DNA of 64,000 nucleotides from an uncultured Spirochaetota bacterium (GCA_963734495.1 CAVTHK010000009.1:160001-224000); one strand, 5' to 3'; shown: positions 1-10,020, numbered from the stretch's first letter. Notes: generated by a model from the sequence alone, not told the origin. Numbers and translations: made by a program.

Positions 1-311
1 TCGATGGGGGGCCGACCTGGCGTTTTGCCTGCGGGCTGTGGACCGGGCATGTCGCGACCGCGTGGATGGTCTCGGCCAGCGGCGCGATGGCGGGCCTGGA
101 GCGGGGCACGCGCCGGCAGGCCGCGGCCCTGCTGGCGCTGATCGCCGTTCTGTGCGCGATGGCGGCAGCCTCGCCGCTGGTGCCGTACGCGCCCCGCGTC
201 CTGTGGGTGACGCTGGCGCTCGCCGGCATGGGGGCGCTGGCCGCTGCGAGCCTGTACGCGCTCGCGCGGCTCGCCGTGGGCATGGCGTCGTTCGCGCGAA
301 GAGGGCCTTGA
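1..311 (+). CDS. 3' end of a hydrophobic membrane protein (partial, runs off window start)
   Basis: Frame +3 is open from the window start to TGA at 309-311 and encodes hydrophobic segments (AAALLALIAVLCAMAAA; VLWVTLALAGMGALAAASLYAL). Confidence 0.45.
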   Translation, partial: DGGPTWRFACGLWTGHVATAWMVSASGAMAGLERGTRRQAAALLALIAVLCAMAAASPLVPYAPRVLWVTLALAGMGALAAASLYALARLAVGMASFARRGP

Positions 312-367
312 CGACGGCGGCCGCAAGACGCCACCCTGCAGGGCATCCGCATGACGTGCCCGACCCC

Positions 368-2528
368 ATGACGCGCGCGCGATCCGAACAAGACACTGCA
401 AAGCTCCCCGAGCTGCTCGCTCCCGGCGGGAGTCTCCTCTCGGCTCACTACGCCTTCGAAGCAGGCGCGGACGGCGTCTACCTCGGGCTGCGCGAGTTCT
501 CCGCGCGCCAGGCCGCGGTCAACTTCTCTCTCGAGCAGCTGCGGCGCATCCGCGAGGAAGCGGGCAGGCGCGGCCGGCGCATCTACGCGGCGATCAACAC
601 CGTGGTCAAGGAAGCAGAGCTCGATCGTCTCGCCGAATCGCTGGCCTGGGTCGAAGCGCTCGGCCTCGACGGCGTCATCGTTCAGGACCTCGGCGTCGCG
701 GAGCTCTGCCGCCGCCACTTCCCGCGCCTCGCCCTGCACGCCTCGACGCAGATGGCCGTGCACAACGGCTCCGGCATCCGCGTGCTGCGCGACCTCGGCT
801 TCGCCCGCGTGATCCTCGCCCGCGAGCTCACGCTCGAGCAGATCAGGGCGCTCCGCGAGGCAAACCCGGACATCGAGCTCGAGGTCTTCATCCACGGCGC
901 GCTCTGCTACAGCTTCTCGGGCCTGTGCTTCGCTTCGTGGGCGCTCACGGGGCGCTCCGGCAACCGCGGCGAATGCGCGCAGATCTGCCGCAGCCGCTTC
1001 CGCATCGAGGACGCCGACCGTCCCCGAGACCTGCCCGCGGACGGCGCCCTGTTCTCCAGCCGCGACCTGGCCGCCGACAGCCTCGTCCTGGAGCTCGCCG
1101 CCATCGGCGTCGATGCGCTCAAGATCGAGGGCCGCATGAAGTCGCCCGAGTACGTCTCCACGACCGTGGCGCTCTATCGGGCCCTGCTCGACCACGGCGC
1201 CGGCGCCCCCGGGCTCGACGAGCTGCGCAGGCGGCAGCGGCTGACGTTCTCGCGCAGGACGACACAGGGATATATGAAGGAAGGCAGGGGCGACGGCCGT
1301 CTCCTCGACGCCGAGTGGCCCGGCCACCGCGGGGTCCCGGTCGGCAAGGTCGCGGCGTCGCGGCCCGGCTCGCTCACGATCGCGCTCGAAGGCGACCTCG
1401 GCTTGCGCGACGGCCTGCAGTACTTTCCGCCGGGGCAGCCGGCGGAGCCCGTGCAGTTCGCGGTGACGGGGCTGCGCCGAGAGACAGGGCCGACGGGTCA
1501 CCGTGGATCTCCCCCCGGGCGCGGAGCCTCCCCGCGCGGGGCAGACCATCTTCCAGATCTCCGCGCGCGCCCTCGACCTCAAGGAGGTCGCCGAGGGCAG
1601 CCTCGCGCTCTACCGCATCCCCTGCGAGTGCGAAGTCTCGCTCGCGGCCGGCCGCCTGCAGGTCGCCTGGAGCTGCTCGCTGTGGAAGGAGCCCGCGCGC
1701 TTCGAGGCGCCGCTGCCGACGGAGCCGGCGCGCGGGGAGAGGTCGCTGCGCTCGGTGCTCGAGCGCCTCTTCGCGGAGGCGGGGGACTCGCCGTTTCGGC
1801 CTGCAAAGGTCGCCGTGGGCGGCCTCGACGGCGGGGATCGGCAGTTCGCGCCGCCCTCGACGCTCAAGCGGCTCAAGAACGACGCGTATCGCGCGCTCGA
1901 GCAGCGCCTGGCACGCTGGGTCGCCGAACGCGTCGCCGCCGCGGCGGCCGACGCGCGGCCCGGGGCGCTCCCCCCCGGCCCCCGCGCGCCGGCCGGCGAG
2001 CCGAGGCTCCTGCCGCTCGCGCCGCTCGCCGTCGACGACGCCGCTGCCCTGGCGCGGCTCGAGGCCGAGGTGGACCGGCTGCTGGCGCTGCAGCCGGACC
2101 GGCGGCTCGCCGTCGGGCTTGCCAACATCGGCCACCTCGGCTGGGTTCACACCCTCGCCGCGAGGGAGCGGGTGGACTTCTTCATCGATTATCCGCTCTA
2201 CGTCGCCAACAGGTACGCGTACGCGTTCTACGCCGCGCGCGTGCCCCGGCTCCTGTTCCAGCGCTTCTGGGTCGAGGGCGACGAGACCGATCGCGCGGCG
2301 CTCGCCGCCGCGCTCGGCGACGGGGCGGCCCTGCGGCGCGTCGAGCCGTCGTTCGAGCCGCCGCTGTTCACGAGCCTCGGCTGCTTCGTGCGCAACAACA
2401 GCCCCCACGGCGCGGCCGCGTGCCGCGGCTGCCCCCGGGACTACGACATCCGGGTGAGCCAGGGCAGGAACCGGTTCGTCGTGAGGGTGCGTGACTGCGT
2501 CACGTACCTCTGCCGCGACCGGCCCTGA
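368..2528 (+). CDS. Peptidase U32 family protein (RlhA-like RNA hydroxylase), frameshifted near 1480-1500
   Basis: Motifs PELLAPGG, GADGVYLG, LHASTQM, EVFIHGALCYSFSGLC, GNRGECAQICR and LKIEGRMKSPEYV. The C-terminal half continues in ORF 1503..2528. Confidence 0.85.
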
Positions 2529-2543
2529 CCGGCCCTCAGCGGC

Positions 2544-2572
2544 GCGACAGGTCTGCAAACCTTCGCTATAAT
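2544..2572 (+). promoter_or_regulatory. Putative sigma-70 promoter
   Basis: GCGACA (2544-2549), 17-bp spacer, TATAAT (2567-2572), upstream of ORF 2624. Confidence 0.55.
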
Positions 2573-2623
2573 AGGACACGCAGCCGCCCCGATGCGCGGC
2601 CGACACCTGTTCGGAGGAGTGAC

Positions 2624-2911
2624 ATGAAGCCGGAAGATCGATCCAAGTTGCAGTCGTACCTGGGCGAGATATCGGGCCTCAGGTCGCAGCCGGAAGAGAA
2701 GAAGCTCAAAGACTGGAAAGAGAACGTCGAGAAGAAGCTCGAAGAGGCCTTTGGCAAGGGCTCCGGCGAGTGTGAGGGTTTCAAGCGGATCCGTTTCTTC
2801 GACTTCAACCGCGGCGGCAAGAACAAGGACGTGCCCCTCAACGAGAGCGAGCGGCGCGAGTACCTGGGCCGGCTCGACGACGCCCGGCGGTACCTGCAGC
2901 GGTTCGTCTGA
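2624..2911 (+). CDS. Small charged helical hypothetical protein (95 aa)
   Basis: GGAGG RBS, ATG start, host-like codon usage, upstream promoter. Confidence 0.8.
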   Translation: MKPEDRSKLQSYLGEISGLRSQPEEKKLKDWKENVEKKLEEAFGKGSGECEGFKRIRFFDFNRGGKNKDVPLNESERREYLGRLDDARRYLQRFV

Positions 2912-3021
2912 CTGAATCCGGGACCGCCCCGGCGGCCCGCATAACGCAACCGAGGCGACTTGCGCGGATCGCGCGCCCGTGGAACGGGCGTGGGGGGAGC
3001 GGAGTCGCGGGAGCAGACGGG

Positions 3022-4488
3022 ATGGAAGACCAGGTGCAGGTGAGGCTCGACAAGCTGGCGGCGCTGCGCGCCGCGGGCAAGCCCGCGTTCGCCGAGCGCT
3101 TCGAGCGCACGCACAGGCTGGGGGAGGCGGCGGCGCTCGCCGACGGGACCGCGGGCGTGCGCCTCGCGGGCCGGATCGTCGCGCTGCGCCTCTTCGGCAA
3201 GCTCACGTTCGGGCACCTGTTCGACGAGAGCGGGCGGCTGCAGTTCTCCTTCCAGCGCAACAGGCTCGGGGAGTCGTACGAGGAGTTCCGGAAGCTCTGC
3301 GACATCGGCGACTTTATCGGCGTCGAAGGCGAGATGATCACGACCCGTACCGGCGAGAAGACGATCGACGTCTCGGCCTGGACCTTCCTCTCCAAGGCCG
3401 TGCGGCCGATGCCGGAAAAGTTCCACGGCCTCGTCGACGCCGAGCAGCGCCTCAGGCGCCGGTACCTCGACCTCGTCATGACGCCGGAGGTGCTCGAGCG
3501 CTTCAAGAAGCGCACGCGGATCGTGAGCACGCTGCGCGCTTTTCTCGACGCCCACGGGTTCATGGAGATCGACACGCCGGTGCTCTCCAACAAGGCGAGC
3601 GGCGCGCTGGCGAAGCCCTTTCTCACGCACCACAACGCGCTCGACATCGACGTCTTCCTGCGGATCGCGCCGGAGACCTACCTCAAGCGCGCGGTGGCCG
3701 GAGGCTTCGACCGGGTCTACGAGTTCGCGCGCTGCTTCCGCAACGAGGGCATGGACCCGTCGCACCTGCCCGACTTTACCATGCTGGAGTTCTACGCCTC
3801 GTACTGGAATTACGAGGACAACATGAAGTTCACCGAGGCGCTGATCAAGGACCTGCTGCAGAAGGTCAACGGCGCGCTCTCGGTCACGCACCAGGGCACG
3901 ACGATCAACTTTGGCGGAGACTGGCCGCGGACGAGCTTCCGCGACCTCATCCTCCGCGACAGCGGCATCGACATCGACGCCTGCCGCGACCGTGCCTCGC
4001 TCGCGGCCGCGATCCGCGACAAGGCGGTCGACCTCGGCGGCGAAGGGGTGGACGTGGCGAAGCTGGGCCGGGGCGGGCTCATCGACCAGCTCTTCAAGAA
4101 GGTCTCCCGGCCGAAGATCGTGGACCCGCTCTTCGTGATCATGCACCCCGCCGAGATCTCGCCGCTGGCCCGGCGCAACGACGCCAACGAGCTCGTGGCC
4201 GACCGCTTTCAGCTCGTGGTCAAGGGGTGGGAGATCGTCAACGCCTACTCGGAGCTGATCGACCCGGTCGACCAGCGGGCGCGCCTGGAGCAGCAGGCGG
4301 CCGCGCGCAAGGCGGGCGACGAGGAGGCGATGGATCTCGACGAGGACTTCCTGCTCTGCATGGAGCACGGGATGCCGCCCATGTCGGGCTTCGGCATGGG
4401 GATCGACCGCCTGGCCGCGCTGCTGACCGACGCCACGACGCTGCGCGACGTCGTGCTGTTCCCCCTGATGCGGCCGGAGGAGGCGTGA
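3022..4488 (+). CDS. lysS: Lysine--tRNA ligase (class II)
   Basis: RRRYLDL, GGA-like SGALAKPFLTHHNALD, LRIAPETYLKR, FRNEG and GMPPMSGFGMGIDRL motifs. Confidence 0.97.
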   Translation: MEDQVQVRLDKLAALRAAGKPAFAERFERTHRLGEAAALADGTAGVRLAGRIVALRLFGKLTFGHLFDESGRLQFSFQRNRLGESYEEFRKLCDIGDFIGVEGEMITTRTGEKTIDVSAWTFLSKAVRPMPEKFHGLVDAEQRLRRRYLDLVMTPEVLERFKKRTRIVSTLRAFLDAHGFMEIDTPVLSNKASGALAKPFLTHHNALDIDVFLRIAPETYLKRAVAGGFDRVYEFARCFRNEGMDPSHLPDFTMLEFYASYWNYEDNMKFTEALIKDLLQKVNGALSVTHQGTTINFGGDWPRTSFRDLILRDSGIDIDACRDRASLAAAIRDKAVDLGGEGVDVAKLGRGGLIDQLFKKVSRPKIVDPLFVIMHPAEISPLARRNDANELVADRFQLVVKGWEIVNAYSELIDPVDQRARLEQQAAARKAGDEEAMDLDEDFLLCMEHGMPPMSGFGMGIDRLAALLTDATTLRDVVLFPLMRPEEA

Positions 4489-5030
4489 GCTTCCTGGACC
4501 TGGTGCGGGCCCGGCACAGCGTGCGCAGCTACGACGCCGTGAGGCCCGTCGAGCGCGCGAAGCTCGACCGATGCCTCGAGGCCGCCCGCCTCGCGCCCTC
4601 GGCGAGCAACGCGCAGCCCTGGCGCTTCGTCGTGGTGGACGACCCCGCCGTGCGCGAGCGGGTGGCGCGCGAGACGTTCGGGGCGCTCGTGTCCTTTAAC
4701 CGTTTCACCCGGCAGGCGCCCGTGCTCGTGGTCTGCGTGGCGGAAGAGCGGAGGATGAGGACGCGCATCGGCGGGTTTCTCATGGGCCGCCGCTACTCGA
4801 GCATGGACATGGGGATCGCCGCCGCTCACTTCTGCCTCCAGGCGGTCGAGGAGGGGCTGGGGACCTGCATGCTGGGGTGGTTCGACGAGAAGGCCGTGCG
4901 CCGCGCGCTCGGCATTCCCGCGCCGAAGCGCATCGGCGTGATCATTGCGGTCGGCTACCCGGCCGAAGCGTCGGTGCGCCCGAGGGTGCGCAAGCTCCTC
5001 GACGACGTGCGCGCCTACAACAGGTACTGA
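4485..5030 (+). CDS. Nitroreductase family protein
   Basis: RHSVRSY, ARLAPSASNAQPWRFVVV and GLGTCMLG motifs. GTG start overlaps the lysS stop (GTGA). Confidence 0.92.
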   Translation: MSFLDLVRARHSVRSYDAVRPVERAKLDRCLEAARLAPSASNAQPWRFVVVDDPAVRERVARETFGALVSFNRFTRQAPVLVVCVAEERRMRTRIGGFLMGRRYSSMDMGIAAAHFCLQAVEEGLGTCMLGWFDEKAVRRALGIPAPKRIGVIIAVGYPAEASVRPRVRKLLDDVRAYNRY

Positions 5031-5031
5031 G

Positions 5032-6294
5032 GTGTTCGAGCCCGCGCCTTCCGTGCGGGAGCCGCTCGCGGCGGGCCTGGTGCTGCGCGCCGTGGAGAGC
5101 GGCGGCGAGGTCGAGCGCCTGGCGGACTTTAACGGCCGCATCCACGGGGAGGACGTCACGGTCCTCACGCGACGGCTGCTCCTCGATCATCCGCGCACGC
5201 GCGCCCGTCATTGGCTGCTGGTCGAGGAGCCCTCATCGGGGCGCATCGTCTCGTCCCTCTGCCTCATCCCGTGGTCCATTCGTCTGGACGGCGTGGAGCT
5301 GCGGGCCGGCGAGATGGGTATCGTGGGCACCGAGCCGGAGCACCGGCGCGGGGGGCTCATCCGCGCACTCGTGGCGCGCTTCGACCGCATCCTCGCAGAC
5401 GAAGGCTTCGACCTCTCTCACATCCAGGGCATCCCGTACTTCTACCGGCAGTTCGGCTACCAGTACGCCGTCCCGCTCATCCCGGATCTCAGGCTTCCGC
5501 TCGACGCGATGCCGGAGGAGCCCGTCCCCGCGGGCGTGCGCTTCAGGCCGGCCGGCCCAGCGGACCTGCCGGCGCTGTCGGCCGCGTACACCCGGCTCGC
5601 GTCCTCGTCCGCCCTGTGGGCCGTGCGCGAAGAGGCGACCTGGAGCTACCTGCTCGGCGGCGAGACGGCGGGCGAGGGAGAGACCTGGTGCGTCGAGCGC
5701 GAAGGCGCCGTGGCCGGCTATTTCCGCACGCACCGCCGGGGCTTCGGGCAGGGGCTCATCGTAAGCGAGGCGTCTCCGCTCGGGGCGCGCCTCGACGCGG
5801 CCCTGCTCGCCGAGCTTTCCCGGCGCGCCCGTGCCGCAGGCAAGCCCTACGTCAAGCTGGAGATGGATCCCGCCTGCGAGGTCGCGGGCATCGCGCGCTC
5901 CCTCGGGGCGCACGCGATGCGCACCTATGCGTGGCAGATCCGTTTCGTCGACCTCGCGGCGCTGCTCCGCAAGCTGGCGCCCGCGCTCGAGCGGCGCCTG
6001 GAGGCGAGCGCCTTCGCGGGCCTCAGCGAGCGGCTGGTCGTGAGCCTCTACCGCGAGGCGTTCGCGCTGGACTGGAGGCGCGGCACGCTCGCCGCGGTTG
6101 AGCGGTTGCAGCCCCCCGCGGAAGCCGCGCCCGTGCAGCTTCCGCCCGAAACCGTCGTCCCGCTCCTGCTCGGCCACCGAAGCCTCCCCGAGCTGGCCGA
6201 CTGGCATCCCGATGTGCGGGTCGAGCCGCGCGCGGCCGCCCTGCTCGAGGCGCTCTTCCCGAAGCTGCGCTCGTACCTGTACACGATCTACTGA
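5032..6294 (+). CDS. GNAT family N-acetyltransferase (Eis-like)
   Basis: VGTEPEHRRGGLIRAL (acetyl-CoA motif A) and GIPYFYRQFGY, with an Eis-like length. Confidence 0.85.
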   Translation: MFEPAPSVREPLAAGLVLRAVESGGEVERLADFNGRIHGEDVTVLTRRLLLDHPRTRARHWLLVEEPSSGRIVSSLCLIPWSIRLDGVELRAGEMGIVGTEPEHRRGGLIRALVARFDRILADEGFDLSHIQGIPYFYRQFGYQYAVPLIPDLRLPLDAMPEEPVPAGVRFRPAGPADLPALSAAYTRLASSSALWAVREEATWSYLLGGETAGEGETWCVEREGAVAGYFRTHRRGFGQGLIVSEASPLGARLDAALLAELSRRARAAGKPYVKLEMDPACEVAGIARSLGAHAMRTYAWQIRFVDLAALLRKLAPALERRLEASAFAGLSERLVVSLYREAFALDWRRGTLAAVERLQPPAEAAPVQLPPETVVPLLLGHRSLPELADWHPDVRVEPRAAALLEALFPKLRSYLYTIY

Positions 6295-6356
6295 CGCGCT
6301 TTTATGGGTAGCGCTTCTGGTCCGCAAGGCGCGGGTACGCCGCTACGCCGCGGCCG

Positions 6357-6620
6357 TCAAGTGGCCTCAAGCAAGCCGCTGACCGCCAGGTCGTAGTTCG
6401 GCTTCGTCCCGTCCCACAAAGGCATGTTGACGTCAGGGCCAAGGTCGAGGCCGCGCTCATAGGCCCATTCGCGCATCCAGGTGACGATGTCGTCCACCCG
6501 CTCCTGCGGCGGATTCTGCGCAAGCGACCTGCCGGAGGGCGAGTGGAAGAGGAGCTCGCCATCTGCGCCGGTGCTGATGGTCCAGCCCCCCTCATGGACC
6601 AGGCGATGATGGAAGGTGCA
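6357..6620 (-). pseudogene. 3' fragment of DUF222/HNH endonuclease gene, separated by the RIT insertion
   Basis: Reverse strand from 6620 reads CTFHHRLVHEGGWTISTGADGELLFHSPSG...LLEAT-stop (stop 6357-6359). It continues ...NLALLC at 10022 in frame. Confidence 0.9.
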
Positions 6621-6648
6621 TTATGCCGACCGCCGGATTATGCCGACT
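6618..6648. repeat. RIT left terminal inverted repeat
   Basis: GCATTATGCCGACCGCCGGATTATGCCGACT is the exact reverse complement of 9965-9995 and contains two TTATGCCG motifs. Confidence 0.95.
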
Positions 6649-6714
6649 TCGGTGGTCCACGGCCTATCGGGTCGCGGTGAAGAACGGTTTTCTCGGCTTG
6701 GGCTGGCGGCATAA

Positions 6715-7710
6715 TCAAAGCGTGCTGAGAAAGGCCAGCAGGCGGTCAGGAGGTCGGTAACGGCGGGCGGCCGCGAGGCTGGGAGCTGTCTTCGCCAGGG
6801 CCCGTTCCTTCGCGGCGAGGTCGACTGCGAGATAGACGTGGGTGGTTTCCACCGACTCGTGTCCGAGCCACAGGGCGATGACCGCGGAATCGATGCCGGC
6901 CTCGAGCATCCGAACCGCTCTGGTGTGCCGAAGAACGTGGGGGGAGACGCGTTTGTTGGCGAGCGAGGGACAGGAGGCGGCTGCGGCCTTGCTGGCATGC
7001 CTGTGCAGCCGCTTTTCGACGGCGTCGCGGCTCATGAAACCGCCACGCTGGCTTGGGAAGAGCGGATCCGTGGGCTGAGCGGGCTGTGCCCTGAGCCAGG
7101 CTCGCAGGACGCCGACGGTCTCTTTCCTCAGCGGGGTCATTCGCTCCTTCCGCCCCTTGCCCATGCAACGGACGTGGGCCCCGGGCCCTTCGAGTTCCAA
7201 GTCGGCCTGCGTCAGCCGAGTGATCTCGGAGACACGCAGTCCGGTCTGCTCGGCGAGTAGGAGCAGAGCGTGGTCGCGGCGGCCGATCCAGCTGGAGGTG
7301 TCCGGTGCCGCGAGCAAGGCATTGATCTCCTGCTGGGTGAGGAACTCGACTGTCTTTCGGTCGAACCGCTTCTGGGGGATCGCCAGCACGCGCTGGATCA
7401 ATGCGCTGTGCTCGGGAACCTCGGTGGCCGCGTAGTGGAAGAAGGCGCGGATAGCCGACAGTCGCGCGTTGCGCGAGCGGGGGGAGTTGTTCCGCTCGGT
7501 CCCCAAGGAGTCGAGGAAGGCGGTGACCATTGGGGCTTCGAGGTCGGCGAGCAGGAGGTCTGAGGGTTTTTTCCCCAGCTCTTTCTCCGCGAATCGGAGC
7601 AGCAGCCGGAAGGTGTCGCGGTAGGCGGCGATGGTGTTCGGGCTGGCTTGGCGTTGCTTGCCGAGCCGCACCAGGAAGAATGCCTCGAGAAGGGGTGCGA
7701 GGGCGCTCAT
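6715..7710 (-). CDS. Tyrosine recombinase (RIT gene C)
   Basis: Catalytic R (GLRVSE), K (GKGRKER), HVLRH, LGH and Y (THVY), with an N-terminal SAM-like domain (SPNTIAAYRDTFRLLL). Confidence 0.95.
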   Translation of the reverse strand: MSALAPLLEAFFLVRLGKQRQASPNTIAAYRDTFRLLLRFAEKELGKKPSDLLLADLEAPMVTAFLDSLGTERNNSPRSRNARLSAIRAFFHYAATEVPEHSALIQRVLAIPQKRFDRKTVEFLTQQEINALLAAPDTSSWIGRRDHALLLLAEQTGLRVSEITRLTQADLELEGPGAHVRCMGKGRKERMTPLRKETVGVLRAWLRAQPAQPTDPLFPSQRGGFMSRDAVEKRLHRHASKAAAASCPSLANKRVSPHVLRHTRAVRMLEAGIDSAVIALWLGHESVETTHVYLAVDLAAKERALAKTAPSLAAARRYRPPDRLLAFLSTL

Positions 7711-8630
7711 GTGTGCACCTCATGGGAGCGCCGGCAGCGCTCGCTGACCAAGGCGAGAAGCTCCGGAACCGCGGTCAGATACCAGTAGGTCATGGTCGGG
7801 TTGAGGTGGCCCAGGTAGGTCGACAGCAGTGGCAGCCTTGATTCCACGTCGACACCGCAGCGATACCAGCCGATGAGCGTGCGGACGGCGAAGGTGTGGC
7901 GGAGGTCGTGGATGCGCGGGCGGCGTGGGCTGCGGTTGGCGAGACCCGCCCGGTCGATGAGGCGATGGAAGCGCAAATGGACGTTGGCGTAGATGAGCGG
8001 CTTGCCGGCTCGCGAGAGGAACAGACGCGAGGAGTACTGGATGGGCAGGAGGCGGTCGCGATTGCGGGCATAACGGCCGAGGGCCTCGACGCTCGACGGG
8101 TGAAGCGGGATCTCGCGGGACTTGCCGAACTTTGACCCACGCACGACGAGCAGGCCTCGGTCGTGGTCGAGGTCACGGCGGTCGAGCCTTATGGCCTCGC
8201 CCACACGCATGCCTGTGACGGCGAGCAGGGCGAGAAGGGTCGCGTCGGTAAAGGCGCTGTGGTGATCCCGCTGTGAGCGCGCCGCCTCAAGGAGCCTGTC
8301 GATGTCGTCCTTAGAGTAGATGTAGGGCCTCAGGCGCCGGGATGCGGGCGGCAGAAGATGATGAGGCGGGACCTCGGTGCGGGGGTCAAAGGACTGTGCG
8401 TAAAGAGCGAACTGGCGGATGATGCCTAAGCGTGTGGCCCACCACCGGGGCGATGCCGCGGCCGGTTTGGTAGCCCACTGGAGGGCGAGCTTCGTCGTGA
8501 TCGAGTTGCTGCCGGCAGCGAGCACTGAGTTGACGAACTCGTGCAAGCGCCTGCCGACGTGCTGGAGCTTGTACCCCGTGGCGTGACGGGTGGCGAGGTA
8601 GTCGTCGAGGATCTGGTGGAGGTTGCTCAT
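7707..8630 (-). CDS. Tyrosine recombinase (RIT gene B)
   Basis: GMRVGEA, SKFGKSR, HDLRHTFAV, LSTYLGH and TYWYL. ATGA overlaps with both neighbours. Confidence 0.95.
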   Translation of the reverse strand: MSNLHQILDDYLATRHATGYKLQHVGRRLHEFVNSVLAAGSNSITTKLALQWATKPAAASPRWWATRLGIIRQFALYAQSFDPRTEVPPHHLLPPASRRLRPYIYSKDDIDRLLEAARSQRDHHSAFTDATLLALLAVTGMRVGEAIRLDRRDLDHDRGLLVVRGSKFGKSREIPLHPSSVEALGRYARNRDRLLPIQYSSRLFLSRAGKPLIYANVHLRFHRLIDRAGLANRSPRRPRIHDLRHTFAVRTLIGWYRCGVDVESRLPLLSTYLGHLNPTMTYWYLTAVPELLALVSERCRRSHEVHT

Positions 8631-9838
8631 GCCGCACCTCCGGGCCACGGCTGCGCGAGCTCGTGCAACCGGCAGTAGTCCACCTTGGCGTAGATCGCCG
8701 TGGTCGCGTGGTGGCGGTGACGGAGGGCCTGCGCGATCTCATCAAGGGTCGCTCCCCGGCGCAGCATCGTGGTGGCGGCGCTGTGCCGCAGCCGGTGAGC
8801 GCCGACCGGTGGCAGCTGGACGCGCTTGCAGGCGTCCCGGACGATAGAGGTAACAGCGCTGCTGCCGAGTGGGCCGTGGGGGACGTGATGGCCCAGGAAC
8901 AAGGAGCGCCAGCTCGTCTTCCTGCGCCGCCGCAGATAGGAGGCGAGCGCGCTGCCCACCTCCTCCAGAAGCGGCATGCGGTCCTCCCGCCCGCCTTTGC
9001 CACGGATGAGCAGGATGCCCTCCCGCCAGTTCACGTCGTCGAGGCTCAGAGACGCGACCTCCTTCGCTCGCAGTCCCATACGAGCCAGGAGCAAGAGGAC
9101 CGCGTAGTCGCGGCGGCCGAGGGTGGAGCGCCTGTCGCAGCTGTCGACGATGGCGTTTACTTGCTCGGGAGCGAGGTACTTCGGCAGTGAAGCCATGCGG
9201 CTGCCGGCGACCTTGGGGACGGCGCCCCTGAGGTCCATGGTGATGTCGCCCCGTAGCTGCAGATAGCGCAGGAATGAGCGAAGGCCGGTGAGCGTCGCCC
9301 GGGTCTGGTCGACGTTAGATCCCCGTGAACTGTCGAGGACGTAGCGCTTGACCGTAGCGCCGTCGAGCGAGGACAGATCCAACTCGCCAGACGGTGAGGT
9401 CTTCACCAGCAACTGCCGGGCTTCGGCGCGGTACTTCCGAGCCACACCAGGGGTGAGCCCCTGATCGTGGATCAGCGAGCCCTCGTACTCGCTCAACAGC
9501 TGCTCGAGTGGCGTCAGTGGGGAGAGTGGCGCGGCCGGGGAAGGCTCGGGTATCAGCCCCGCTCCGGCAAGGAAGCGGAGAACCGCAACGAGGCTTCCCC
9601 GGCTCAGGAACTGGGTGTAGCCTCTATCTCGCCTCGCGCAAAGGAACGAATCGACCTGCTCATCGGACAGGTCCTGTAGCCCGAGACTCTGCTCCTCGAG
9701 CCATCGGCTCAGATGACTCGCCACTCCCAGCAGATTCCTGCACGAGAGGATCGCGTAGCCCTGTCGAAGCAGGTCTGACCTGAGCTCTCGGACGTGATGC
9801 GCCAGGGGTCCGGAAAACCGGACGGTAGGAAACCGCAT
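8627..9838 (-). CDS. Tyrosine recombinase (RIT gene A)
   Basis: GLRAKEV, GKGG, HRLRHSAAT, LRH and TAIYAKVD. GGAGG RBS precedes ATG at 9838. Confidence 0.95.
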   Translation of the reverse strand: MRFPTVRFSGPLAHHVRELRSDLLRQGYAILSCRNLLGVASHLSRWLEEQSLGLQDLSDEQVDSFLCARRDRGYTQFLSRGSLVAVLRFLAGAGLIPEPSPAAPLSPLTPLEQLLSEYEGSLIHDQGLTPGVARKYRAEARQLLVKTSPSGELDLSSLDGATVKRYVLDSSRGSNVDQTRATLTGLRSFLRYLQLRGDITMDLRGAVPKVAGSRMASLPKYLAPEQVNAIVDSCDRRSTLGRRDYAVLLLLARMGLRAKEVASLSLDDVNWREGILLIRGKGGREDRMPLLEEVGSALASYLRRRRKTSWRSLFLGHHVPHGPLGSSAVTSIVRDACKRVQLPPVGAHRLRHSAATTMLRRGATLDEIAQALRHRHHATTAIYAKVDYCRLHELAQPWPGGAA

Positions 9839-9964
9839 CGTGACCTCCCTTCCCAACCAGTGGTCGGGACGAGGTCACTATGTGCCAAGCAGCCCGGATT
9901 ATGCCGCCAAGGGGATCGAGAAAAACCCTATCCGCGGCAGGAAAACCGCAGACTCGACCGAGTG

Positions 9965-9995
9965 AGTCGGCATAATCCGGCGGTCGGCATAATGC
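9965..9995. repeat. RIT right terminal inverted repeat
   Basis: AGTCGGCATAATCCGGCGGTCGGCATAATGC is the reverse complement of 6618-6648. Confidence 0.95.
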
Positions 9996-9996
9996 G

Positions 9997-10020
9997 CGTT
10001 ATGCCGACATCGGCATAACG
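9997..10020. repeat. Palindrome of recombinase-binding motifs outside the right IR
   Basis: CGTTATGCCGA-CA-TCGGCATAACG, with 11-bp arms. Confidence 0.9.

Larger units (their letters stand above)
6621..10019 (-). mobile_element. RIT (recombinase-in-trio) element
   Basis: Three overlapping tyrosine recombinase genes, 31-bp perfect terminal inverted repeats, and GTGCA duplicated at 6616-6620 and 10020-10024. It interrupts the HNH gene. Confidence 0.95.

Noticed and set aside
6715-9838. Prophage, integron or XerCD interpretation of the recombinases
   Set aside because: No phage genes, attC cassettes or dif site. The overlapping trio with terminal IRs fits a RIT element.
9899-10019. C-terminus of ORF 9899..10660 (LCRCRHNAHY...) as the true HNH ending
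   Set aside because: It is read-through into the RIT end. The real C-terminus is at 6357-6620.
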